Below are positions 52,834 through 64,000 of a stretch of DNA of 64,000 nt, piece by piece. Each line of letters starts with the position of its first letter. Position 1 is the first letter of the stretch. The notes under the pieces are model-generated. The model was not told the origin of the DNA. It did not search any database and was given only the letters and a program-made list of their open reading frames with translations. Origin of the DNA: Eledone cirrhosa. Lineage: Eukaryota. A program made the position numbers and the translations under genes. The stretch is taken from positions 133,052,001-133,116,000 of the forward strand of contig OZ024740.1 in NCBI GenBank assembly GCA_964016885.1. Reading direction: 5' to 3'.

Positions 52834-55800
52834 CTTTGAGTCTCAGTCATTGATGTTAGTTAACTGTAAAGTTTGTCGAAATGAATATCAAGCCACTACC
52901 TGCAGCCTAAGATATTCAGGACGTATAGGAGCGTTCTTGCCGTTCCCAGCAAGCATGCCTTTTGAAGAGTTCCAAAAAGCGTGAAGGGGCCAAATTTCTT
53001 TAACCATCCCTGGAGACTTTTTGAGATAGTACCTAGTGCGCCTATGACAATCGGGACCACTTTGACTTCATTGCAGTTCCAAATCCTTTTTACCTCCCAC
53101 TTTAAGTCCTGGTATCGGTTAATTTTGTCCCTCTCCTTCTCTTGCACTCTCGTGTCGAATGGGCAGGCCACATCCACAATCAGACACGCTCTTTTTTCTT
53201 TGTCCACAACCACCAGGTCAGGTCTATTGTGTTCCAGTTTCTTTTCGGTCTGTATCCTAAAATCCCACAGCACCTTCACCTGATCGTTCTCCATCACCGC
53301 CTCTGGCCTATGCTCATACCATTTCTCAGAATGTTGTAAATTGTTTACTTTGCATAGGTGCCAGTGGATCACCCTGCCCATCACATCATGTCTCCAGCCC
53401 TTATAATGAGTCTGGGCTAGGTGTTTACACTCGGATACAATGTGAGCCACAGTCTCCTCTCTCTCTCCACAGATCCTGCACAGTGGGCTAGCCTCCTCCT
53501 TGTAAATATGGTGTTTCAACCCCTTCGTTTTGAGGGCCTGCTCTTGCGCAGCCATTAACATTCCTTCTGTAGCCTTTTTAAGGTGTCCTCTTTTCAACCA
53601 GTTCCATGTCTGTGGATCTCTGAATTCAGTTTTCTCAAAGAAGGTACTATGAAGGGATTTTTCCTGAAGGCTGCTCTTTCTCCTTGATGTTATTTCCTCC
53701 TTGGACATCCACTGGTCTATTGTCCTCTCCTTCGGTACAGTTCTGAGCATTGGCTCCTTACTGTAAGTCATGTATTTGTGTAGGTTGTTTTTCTCCATCT
53801 GAACAAAGTCCTCTATGCTGATAAGATCTCTTCCACCTTCAGATCTCCTTAAGTAGAGTCTATCGACATCAATCCTCTTGTGGAACATGTTGTAGATAGT
53901 CAATAGCTTCCTAGTCTTCCTATCCATTTCTTTTTGTTCAGCAACATTTCATCTCAGAATTCCCGCACTGTACCTAATAATATACACAGCTCGGGAATTT
54001 ACTGCACTTATGGCATTCCTACTGTTCAGATGTGACTTTAATACGCTCCCTACTCTCCGAATATATTTAGTTCTTATCAATTCCTTCATGTTTTTGTTCT
54101 TGATGTCATCAACCTCCTGAACACCCAAATACTTGTATCCTTCTTTAGTGTCAATTTCCTTTATCATCTCACCTGTTGGTACATGGATTCCGTTACTTCT
54201 ACTCAATTTAAACCTCTTCATCACAAGGACTCCACACTTACTAATACTAAATTGCATACATATATCATTGCTGAAAATACGGACAGTGTCAACTAGCACA
54301 TCCAACTTTTTCTCACTCTTCCCAAAGAGTTTAAGATCATCCATGAAGAGGAGGTGAGATGATGTTATCTGCCACCTTGAGGATCTCCAGGCTTTTGGTG
54401 ATCCAAGAATGAGGCACCATGTCAAATGCCTTTTTGTAGTCTATCCATCCCATGGCAAGACCAGTGTGTCTCCTCTTGCAATTCCTCATTACCATCTTAT
54501 CAATAAGTAACTGATCCTTTGTACCACGGGACTTCTTTCGGCATCCTTTCTGTTTGTCCGGTAACAAGTTGTTTGTGTGGAGGTGATGGTAGATCTCCTC
54601 AGACATAATGCTTGTCAACAGTTTCCACATTACGGACAGACATGTGATAGGTCTATAGTTGGTAACATCATTACCCTTGATTCGGTCTTTCATTATCAGA
54701 ACTGTGGTACCTTTTGTCAACCACTCTGGTACCTCACCTGACATCAAGCAGTCATTGAACATGGTTGTCAGTTTCGGGTGGAGGGATGTTATATTTTTAA
54801 TCCAATACCCCTGCACACCATCTGGTCCTGGTGATTTCCAGTTGGTTAGTTTTTTTGGCCTGCCCCTTAAGAGTTTCAACTGTGATACTCAAACCAGTTT
54901 GTTGGTGTGCCTGTTCACTAACCTCTGTACTGTCTCAATCAACACTGCCTGGTCATTATATTTAACATCCTGCTCCCATATTCCTCTCCAGAATGTTTTA
55001 GTTTGTTCCGCCTCAGGGATCAAGTCGTTGACTCTTTCTTTCCCTTCAAGCTGCCGAAACAACATCTTCTGGTTGTTGTCAAACATGCGGTTCTGTCTAT
55101 ACTGACTGACTCTGTTCTCGTATCGCCTGATTTTTGCACTCTTTGCTACAATGCGGTTGCTTCAGTTCCTCTATGATAATATTTAGCTTTTTCCTCCTAG
55201 TTTTTTACTTTAATTCCAGTCTATTTTTAGTGTCTATGTTTTTTAGTGTCCCATTCAGTAGGGACTCAAGCTTTCCAATGTCATTTCTCATTTCCCTGAT
55301 TTGACCACTCAGTCGTTTTTTCAACCAAGGCTCTGATCTTTCTTGTTTGTTGTTTCTTCTGTCTTTAAACCAAGTAATTTCCTCACCGTATTTGCTGTTG
55401 CTTTGAGGATATTGTTGCACTGGTGAAGGCTCCTCGCCTCAAGGTATGGGATGACTTTGTTTACCTTAGCTGTTGTTTCTTTTAACTTTTTCCTGTCTAC
55501 AAATATTAGGTTCATAGGTTTCCCACTATCATTGTTCAATTCATCTACCACTAAGTTTAGGATATCAACCAAATCTTGTCTTAGCCCGTCAGCATTCATC
55601 TCATCAGTGGCCGTATCTCTGCTCCAGGTATTATTTATTTCAGCATTCAGATCATTGTCTGCTTCGGATGGTTCCTCCGTTCTCTCGACCTCTTCACCTT
55701 CATTTCCCACTGGCTCGTTTGCCTGGCATACTCCACTCTCCATGTCCAACCTAATCTCTCAGCTCAGTTCCTTCAGTTCCAGCTCGCTTATCCACCCATT

Positions 55801-57552
55801 AGTTCTTATTACCCGAGCCTGCCCGGCCACTTTTTGTTCTTCTAATTTAAATAGACCAATCTCGTTCCAGATGTTATGCGTCCGTTTCCTATAGCCTTTC
55901 TCCTTTGGGTTACTCTTCAGGTAACATTGCATAACAGTTCTATTCAATTCTTTCGTCCAGTTGGTTCTGGTCCCTTTCCTTCTTCTTCTTCCTCCGACAC
56001 CAGCAATTTTTGGTTGACAGCCAGGTCCCTGCTACTGAGCCAGGGAGCACCTGTTGGGTGAGAGTCTGTCACATGACATTCTAGTCTCCACTTCACCGTT
56101 ATTCGAACTGTTTAGGTTCGACGTTTAAACACTCTTATCGAGGATTGGCGAATGTATGGTTACATAACCACCGGTGATTTCGTCACTCCCGGTGATTTTT
56201 GTGTGGCATTATCACGCTGTAGACGAACATAAATAAACAAACAAACAGGCAAAAAAAAACCCAGAAATGAATAAGAATAAGTTTCATTGTAATGTATTAT
56301 TTGAATGTCTGACTTAGTTTTTCCCTTCCATTCTCTGTCCGTCTGTTTGTTCTTCTCTTCATTTTTCTTTTCTTTACGTTTTTCGTTGTTGCTGTGCTGC
56401 TTTGATTGTGATTTTTGTTTTTTGATTTTAACCGGGTCATCAATTCAGTATATTTTTATATTTTGATGCCTTCCTCTTTTAGTGGGGACACTACGATGTA
56501 GCAGGAGGTAGTGGGAGAGAATAGCGGCGGTAGTGATAATGAGGCAGTGGTGGTGGTGGTGGTTCTGTGCTAGTAGTACCTAGCAGGAGGTAGTGGGAGA
56601 GAATAGCGGTGGTAGCGATAATGAGGCAGTGGTGGTGGTGATGTGATCGTAGTACTGTAGTGATGGTGTTGAAGTTGAAGTAGAAATAGAGTTTGAGGCA
56701 ACTTGACCGGAGTTTTTAGCATGGTGGTGTTGGTGGTGAAATTATCTTTAGCTATTAAGCTATTTAATCATTTTGCCATTTTCCTCCCTTTCCACTCCAA
56801 CATTCCTGATCCAAAATTATATATTAATATTGTTTATTAATATTGTCTAGTGATACCGCCACCGTCCCCTTTCGTAAGTTAACAGATGGTAATGGGGGAA
56901 TAGCGGTGGTAGCAATGAAGGAGTGGTGGCGGCGGTGATAGGATAGTGGTAGCAATGATGGATGGAGTGATGGCGGCGGTGACTATAGTGATGGCGTTGT
57001 CGTTACTGAGTTTTGTTGAATAGACTGTAGTTGTTTGATCGTTTAACCGGCGTATCTATGTGGTTAGTCGCGTATGTTTAATATATGTGTTGACATATTT
57101 CTTTAATATTGGAATTAAACATTTTGTGAAAACTTGAGACAATAATAATAGTAATTATTATTATTATGCTGGGATTGGTGGTGAAATTGCCGTTATCTGG
57201 CTGTTGTATTTAGTGTACACAGAGGGGGTGATGGGATAGGTGGTGCATCTAGTTTGTGGTGTTGGTGAAATTGCTGTTATTTGGCTGTTCTATATAGTGT
57301 AGACAGAAGGGTTTTCTTCCATTTATAACCATTTCCTTTTTTGAATATAAAATGTATAATACAAAATTAAATATTTGAGTGATATAACAGAATATTATGG
57401 ATCCGAATTTTTCTGATGGTTGAGTCTGGTGCTTTATGCATCATTTGTACTAAGAATTGTTATTTCACAATTGATTTAAATATGTTAAAAATCAAAAACT
57501 TACGGGAGCGATTTCATAACCTTCTATCCACCATGTGCGTCTTCTTCCCTGA
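52834..57552 (-). mobile_element. R4/Dong LINE, full length, decayed
   Basis: 5'UTR, N-terminal WTKELN.., RT, CRIC..HIVSEC, RHD, RPDLVVVD RLE; ~200 nt deletion at ~54360; (ATT)n at both ends. Confidence 0.92.
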
Positions 57553-57599
<47 letters not shown>

Positions 57600-57714
57600 T
57601 TGTACGTTATCATTGCATCATTGAGCGGAGGTCTGTGGGCCTTGGGTATGTTCTGGTGGTGTGGTGGAGTGAGGGTGGATTAGGTCTTCATCTCACCTAC
57701 ATATGGTCTCAGTA
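57600..57714 (-). mobile_element. Probable 3' tip of a third RLE/Dong-like family
   Basis: Unique 115 bp between two (ATT)n runs; the minus strand starts ILRPYVGEMKT* then a short UTR and (AAT)n. Confidence 0.4.
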
Positions 57715-57721
57715 TATTATA

Positions 57722-57760
<39 letters not shown>

Positions 57761-60700
57761 GAATGCTATGGTTGACGGAGGCTCGGCTGTGTAAGGTATT
57801 GTAAATTTTGACCGCTATAACAATTGTAAATTGTTTAAAACTTTAACCAAATTGTAGACTAAAACACCCTCCTCCTCGTGAGAGGGGTCTTTCTGCCCGT
57901 TTTTTTGCCCTTCGGGTTTAAATAACCTCTTATTGGGGTTTTGTGCCCAATATTTATTTTAAACCCCAAAAAAACCATGGCTACGAAAAAGAATTTTCAC
58001 AAGTCACTCCCACTCATTCCGTTTTCTTCTTCCTCAATCGTCACTACAGCAGAGAGAAGATTGTCTCTCTCCCTCCCTTCTCTTTCGCAAGCGACGCCAG
58101 TAAAGAAAAATGACGTGCAAAGCGTGCAACATTTCTCCACGACGATGACGACAGCGACGAAAAAGGTGTGTGGGAAATACGAAAACCCATTTCATTCGTC
58201 TGACGTCATGAATAATAGCAGTAGCAGCCGTAATAACAGCAGCAGCAGCAAGAGTGACAAGGAAAACAACAGTAGCAGCCGCAACAGCATCACCAGCAGC
58301 ATAAGCAACAACAGCATTAGCAGCAACAGCAACAACAGCAGCAGCAGCTACAACAACAACAACCACAGCAACAGCGGCGGCGGCAGTAGTCGTAGTACCT
58401 GCAGCAACAACAAAAGTAACAGCAGCTCTGACGACAACAACAACAACAACAACAGCAGCAAATAAAAAACCAATCTCGTTTGCAGGTATCGCAAAGAACC
58501 TGGAAACCATCCTCATAACAAATGAGGAATTATAGGAAGCGAAGAAGATGGTGACGAAAACCGGACACAGAGCAATCTGCAAGGCAGCCGAACAAATTTT
58601 CGAAATCCAACAGCACTCTACGGTAACTTACCGAACAGTAAGCACAAAATCCCGTAGGGTTGAAAGATCCAAAGAGGCTAAAATACAAACAGCCTTAGGG
58701 TCTGTGTGGCAGCGGAAAACGGATATCACTCAAGGCAAGAAATATGCCACCGTAAACGTGCTTTTTGCAACACCCCAGGAGGCAAAGGCTCAATCCTTAG
58801 TGACCCTAAGGAGCGAGGAAATGGTGTTGGTGCCCTCCTACTGCGGGCAAAAAATTGTGAGGGTCAAACTGACCCACGTCCCCCCCCCACGGGATGGCCC
58901 CTTCTTGGCTGGCCGAGTCTGTCCTCGTTGGAATCGAGGACAAAACAACTGTACTGCAAGTACAGAAAATAGTAAGAGAAGATTGGGTCGGCACCTCCAT
59001 TCAGATGTTAATCCAAACCAACCAGGAGTGCATCGAAGCTATCCCGGATGTGAAAGACTTCGATAACGACACTCAACTGCCCATAAGGGTTGAGGGCAAA
59101 CGCCCGAAATGCTTTCGCTGTGGATCGAAGACTCACCTCAGAGCCTTCTGCAACGAGAAGACCCTGAGAAAGGAGAAAATCCCGCTCCTTCCGAAACCGG
59201 CTCCACGGCTACCAGCAACAGGACAAGCTGCAACCAGGAACGATACGTCCGTGGCACCCATACCTATGCCACGGAAATCAAGAACAGCACCAGCAGTGAA
59301 AGTATTAATAACAACAACAGCAATACCAACTGCAGCTGCAACAGAGACTCCACTGCAAACATCACCAACAACAACAAGTGAAAGAGTGGAGCTGGGACCC
59401 CTCCCCTACCTCACAGAATTGGACATGGAGTGTGAGGTGGGAGAGGGATGGCAAAAGGTCGCAAGAAGGCACAAACGCAGAAGCAGCGCAGAGACTCACA
59501 GCAGCAACACCACCAACATCATCACCACCCACACTAGCACCAGCATCACCACCGGCGACAACGCCACCATCAACAGCAACAACACCTTCAACACCAGCAC
59601 CACAAGCACCAACATCGCAAACACAACAACAAAACACACACACCCAGCAACAACGACAAGAAAATAACAGAACCACACCCCACCCCCAGAAACACAAATG
59701 CACGGCAATAAATACACACAACAAGAAACTAATGACTTACATAATTTAAGACACAGACATTTCACAGCACGACTACATAATACCAGCACCAATCAAAGTG
59801 CCAAAGTACATAAGACTGGTAAAAATTGCACAGAAAAAATACACAAACATTAAAATGAAATTCCCCAACGCAGTTGGTGATTTTAGAGACCTAGGAGGGA
59901 CTCTCAACCGGAGAGTATATTCGGACATACTCATAGAAGAGCCGACGACCAGCCGAAGGGACGATTCAACGGTCCCTCCACCAGACGATCAAGTGAAAAG
60001 GGATGGAGCAACCATCCTTCCTCTACAAAAAGTAAGGTAAGTGGTCTTTCCCATCTTTTCCACACCATTTTAAACATGACCTCACTCAGAATAGGCAGCA
60101 TAAATGCGCGTGGCTTGGGGTCGTCATGGAAGCAGGGTCACCTGCTCAATGACCTCAGGTCACTAAACATAGATGTAGTGGCCATCAGCGAGACCAGCAT
60201 CTCCGAAGCACGGGCTTTCGCACCGATTTTCGGCGGCTACGATGTGTACGCATCTCCCAGCCGTCCTGGTTCGGGGGAAGGGGTTGCTGTGCTTTTTCGG
60301 AGAGGTTTGGATCTCGCCATACGGGCCATCTTCCTGGACCCAGAGGGTAAGTTGGTGGGGCTGGACGTGACCAGCGGAGACCGGCAAGCTTTCAGGCTAG
60401 TGGCCGTCTATGCCCCGGCAGGAGCAGGGCGGCCTGATTTCTTCCGGCGTCTGGAGACCTTTCTTGGAACGTCCCGCTCTTTAGTGTTAGTGGGTGACTG
60501 GAAGGGGATCTTAGATGCACGCTGGGACTGTGTGGGATTAGTGGATAGAGGTGGAAGGTGCAAGAGCCTCACCAACCCTGCTCAGGCGTTTTGAACTGTC
60601 TCACAAGTACCGATTGGATTTCCCTAATGTGTCAAAGTGGACTTGGACAAATCGCATGGGGTCATCCAGATCATATCTAGATAGAGTATTTTGTAGGGAA

Positions 60701-63592
60701 ATAGATAGGTCTAGCATAGGCTGTCCACAATTCAACATAGTCAGCTACACGGACCACAAATTCGTGATTTGGGTGCTTGACTTAGATAGGCTTCATAGAC
60801 GATGACGCGGCTACTGGAAGCTAAACGCGTCCTTACCAGCGCACCAGGCCTACAGAACATTAGACGAGGCGCTTAGCAAAGGCATCGGCCGACGTGCTTG
60901 CGGTGAAATTGGCCCTTGACCAATTCTTCAATGCAAAGCATGAAAGCTGAGTTGTCAGAGCTAGGGTGCGTGCTCTCAGACACGAAGGGACGAAAGCCGT
61001 TCAATGGGCCCGAGTGGCGGAGGCGCGTCGTGGCAACAAAGCCACGATCCGGTCTTTGGTGGACCACGACGGGCGCATGCTACTCGATCCCGGGCAAATG
61101 TGTGAAGCTTTTCAGCGACACTTCGCTGGAGCTGTTCGCGGGCAGCGGTGGGCCGCGTCGAGGGATGGACTTTAGTGTCTATCTCGACGGAATGCCGCGG
61201 CTCTTGGCCACTGAGGAGGAGTGTTGCGAAAAGCTGATAACAGCCGCTGAAGTAGGGGAGGCAATGACTGGCTGCACAAGGGGTAAATCGCCTAGTTTGG
61301 ATGGTCTCCCCTATGAACTTTACGTACAGATGCCAGACTTGTTCAGAGGCTTCTTGGCGGACGTCTACTGCAACTGGCAACAGAACGGGAGAATTCCCAG
61401 CTCTGTGAGCCGAGGAGCGGTGGCACTGCTGAGAAAGGATCCGAACAAGGGGGATAACGTGATAATTTCAGGCCCATAACTCTGCTAAACACAGAGTTCA
61501 AGATTTTGGCCAAGGTGCTAGCAAAGAGGATGGCGCTTGTCGTTGGTGGTCAGGTGGGATAGGCCCAGACATGCGCCATTCTTGACAGATCCATCCACGA
61601 CAACCTTCACCTCATGCGATACATCGTAGAGAGGGTAGCTAGGGAACCTGGTACGGGTGGGTCCTTGATCAATTTAGATCAGTAGAAAGCTTTCGATAAG
61701 GTCGACCATATTTACCTAGCGGCAGTCCTGAGGGCGGCTGGTTTTGAGCCCGTCTTCAGAAGCTGGATCGCTGCCATGCACAGCGACATATACTCTGTGG
61801 TGAGAGTGAACGGTCACCTTTCGGAACCGTTCAACATCATGCGCTCGGTCCGCAAAGGATGTCCCCTCTCGTCCCTCTTGTGCGTATTGACTCTCGAGCC
61901 ATTACTGCACAAACTGCAGACGTTGAGGGGCGTCCCGCGCGAACTAGGATACGGAAGATCCGTGTCAGCATATGCGGACGATCTCACCGTAGTGGTGTCG
62001 AACGCCAAACACATCGAGGCGATCGGCACTACACTAAGAGAATACGAAGCGGTGACAGGAGCAATGATCAACCAGGAAAAGTCAGTGGGCCTGCAGCTCG
62101 GCACCTGGAGAGGCAGGTCCATGCCGTCCAACAGCGTCGTCGGACACTGGACGGACGGACCGGTTAAACTGCTAGGGGTCTGGTTCGGTCCGGACCTCCA
62201 GACGGACAAAAACTGGGACGAGGTAACGAGCAGGGTGGCTTCTCTCACCCAGAAATGGGCGGAGAGGAAGCTATCCCTGAAAGGTCGAGCGGAGGTGTCT
62301 AACGCGTACATCGCGTCTGTCATCTGCTACCGCCTGACTGTCGTACCTTGTCCTAAGCCCCGGCTGACTGCGCTGGAGCGTTTGCTCTTTCGCTTTTTGT
62401 GGAAGGCACGCGCTCCGATGGTCAGGCGGTCCATCTGCTGTCAAGACCCGCTACGTGGAGAGCTGGGCATGCCGTGGCTGATGATGTGCAGACACGCGCT
62501 CAGGCTACGATATCTCTACCTTTTCCTCGACGGTGATCAGGTGTGGTCGCCGTTTGCTAGACACGTGTTTCCCCAGCTCGTTTCCTTGACGGAGCTGCAG
62601 TCCTGGGTCAAGCGAAGACCGAGAGGGAGCGCCTGGAGACTCGAATATCTGCAGGCGCTCACAGCCCTCGACCAATCGGGCAATGTGATCGGCGTTCTAT
62701 AGAGGATTAGTGGAGGAGAAGAGCGACGACGTACTTGGGGAAAATCTAGGCGTCGACGAAAATAAACTAGCCAATCTCTTCGGAAGAACTTTCGAGCTGG
62801 GACCTATGGACAACTTCCAGAAACCTCTGGCCTGGCAGTGCTACCAAGGAGCCTTGCCAGTTCGGGATAAACTCTACAGGCATGGAGGTGCCGTCAGCCG
62901 GGCATGTCCGGGATGCGCGTAGGGCAACGAAACCGTCCTGCACGCACTCGTCCAGTGTCCGAAAATTGGTGACTTGTAGGTTTATGTCGAACACCTGCTG
63001 TCGCGCGTAGGATGGATCCGGCTATCACCTGAGTTCATCGTGAGGATTTCCCCGCCTTCTTCCTTTAGCCGGGAAGGGCAGGCAGTTTTTATCTGTCTGG
63101 TGGCCATGGCAAAAGAGATAGTATGGTTGACACGTTTGAAACGGCATAAGACGAGCACTTACCTCTTCGGTGATGCCCTGATTGACTTTTTCAAATTTCA
63201 TTTGAAAAGGAAAATCAGAGTAGAGAGGGAAGTGCTCTCTTCCCAGCATTTTGTTGAAAGATGGGTGAGAGAAGCAAGAATGGCCCGAGTGAATGGGCCT
63301 ACTCTGAGTACGTATATTTAAATTAAATGTGGAAAACTGGGAGAGGCCACTTGCCTTGGAGGCCAGGGTCACTGTGGCCTTTTACTGGGCTTTCTCCACA
63401 AATGTAGCTCCGAAGTCTCACCCCTATTGTGGAATTTTTCATTGTTATTTTTTGTTACATCCCCTGTTTCTGTTTTTACACGCAGAAATGTCCATTAGTA
63501 CCGTCCTGTATTGTCCTGCACTGTCCTTAATGTCTACTTTATATAAACCCTTGTGGTTAAAAAAGAAATCATTATTATTATTATTATTATTA
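57761..63592 (+). mobile_element. Tx1/L1-group LINE copy D, full length, chimeric (C-like ORF1 end, B-like ORF2 and 3'UTR)
   Basis: ORF1 57977-60040 with CFRCGSKTHLRAFC; ORF2 60076-63321 (GSINARGL, KGCPLS, YADD) very similar to copy B; (ATT)n at both ends. Confidence 0.92.
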
Positions 63593-64000
63593 CAGCTGCA
63601 TTTATCTTGCTTTATGTTCATACAAGTTATCACCAAGTCACAACCAGTGACCTCAAGACACAACAAGGTCCGCTATGTTCAAGAAAGAACATACATACTC
63701 ACACATGCATCTTTAGGTATTTAGACTTATGATGTACTTATATTGACAGAATCTTCCTTAGTATATGAGCAGTTCCCATTAGTACTATCTTTTGTATCTC
63801 TCCTATACGCGGGTTTCCTGGGATTTGTGACAAGTAATCCTTAGACCCCTTAGGTATCATTCCTACAGCGCCAACAACCACTGGTATTGTTTTAGTTCTC
63901 AATTTCCACATTTTTCCAATTTCTATCTCCAGGTCCTTATACTTGCTCAATTTTTCAAATGTTTTTATAGATACATTCTTGTCTATTGGAACGGACATAT
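63593..64000 (-). mobile_element. R4/Dong LINE 3' end (second subfamily), runs off the window
   Basis: KLSKYKDLEIE..IPVVVGA.G..LMGTAHILRKILSI; homologous to 591-980. Confidence 0.88.

Noticed and set aside
57440-57552. HDV-like ribozyme at the Dong 5' end, as reported for some RLE elements
   Set aside because: I could not build the nested double pseudoknot by eye; needs a motif search

Overview
AT-rich, microsatellite-laden eukaryotic DNA. The SINE family and repeat content suggest a mollusc, probably an octopod cephalopod (inference). I found no credible host protein-coding gene. Roughly half the window is decayed non-LTR retrotransposons nested in (ATT/TAA)n microsatellites. Tx1/L1-group LINEs are always on +, R4/Dong RLE-type LINEs are always on -, and a tRNA-derived SINE has a 3' end and target sites matching the Tx1 elements. 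There are also Penelope-like elements (one near-complete) and RTE and CRE remnants. Main signals: (1) Tx1 copies have a 5' splice donor on the ORF1 stop and a strong acceptor in the 3'UTR, so ORF2 looks like an intron, and one copy has a chimeric junction exactly at that donor; (2) both Dong 5' ends carry an apparent retained ~1.1-1.3 kb 5'UTR intron; (3) type I hammerhead ribozymes show C3-G8, G3-C8 and U3-A8 covariant cores plus a U4A variant; (4) a probable SINE-Tx1 partnership. Everything was read by eye; no searches or folding programs were run, and element boundaries are approximate.
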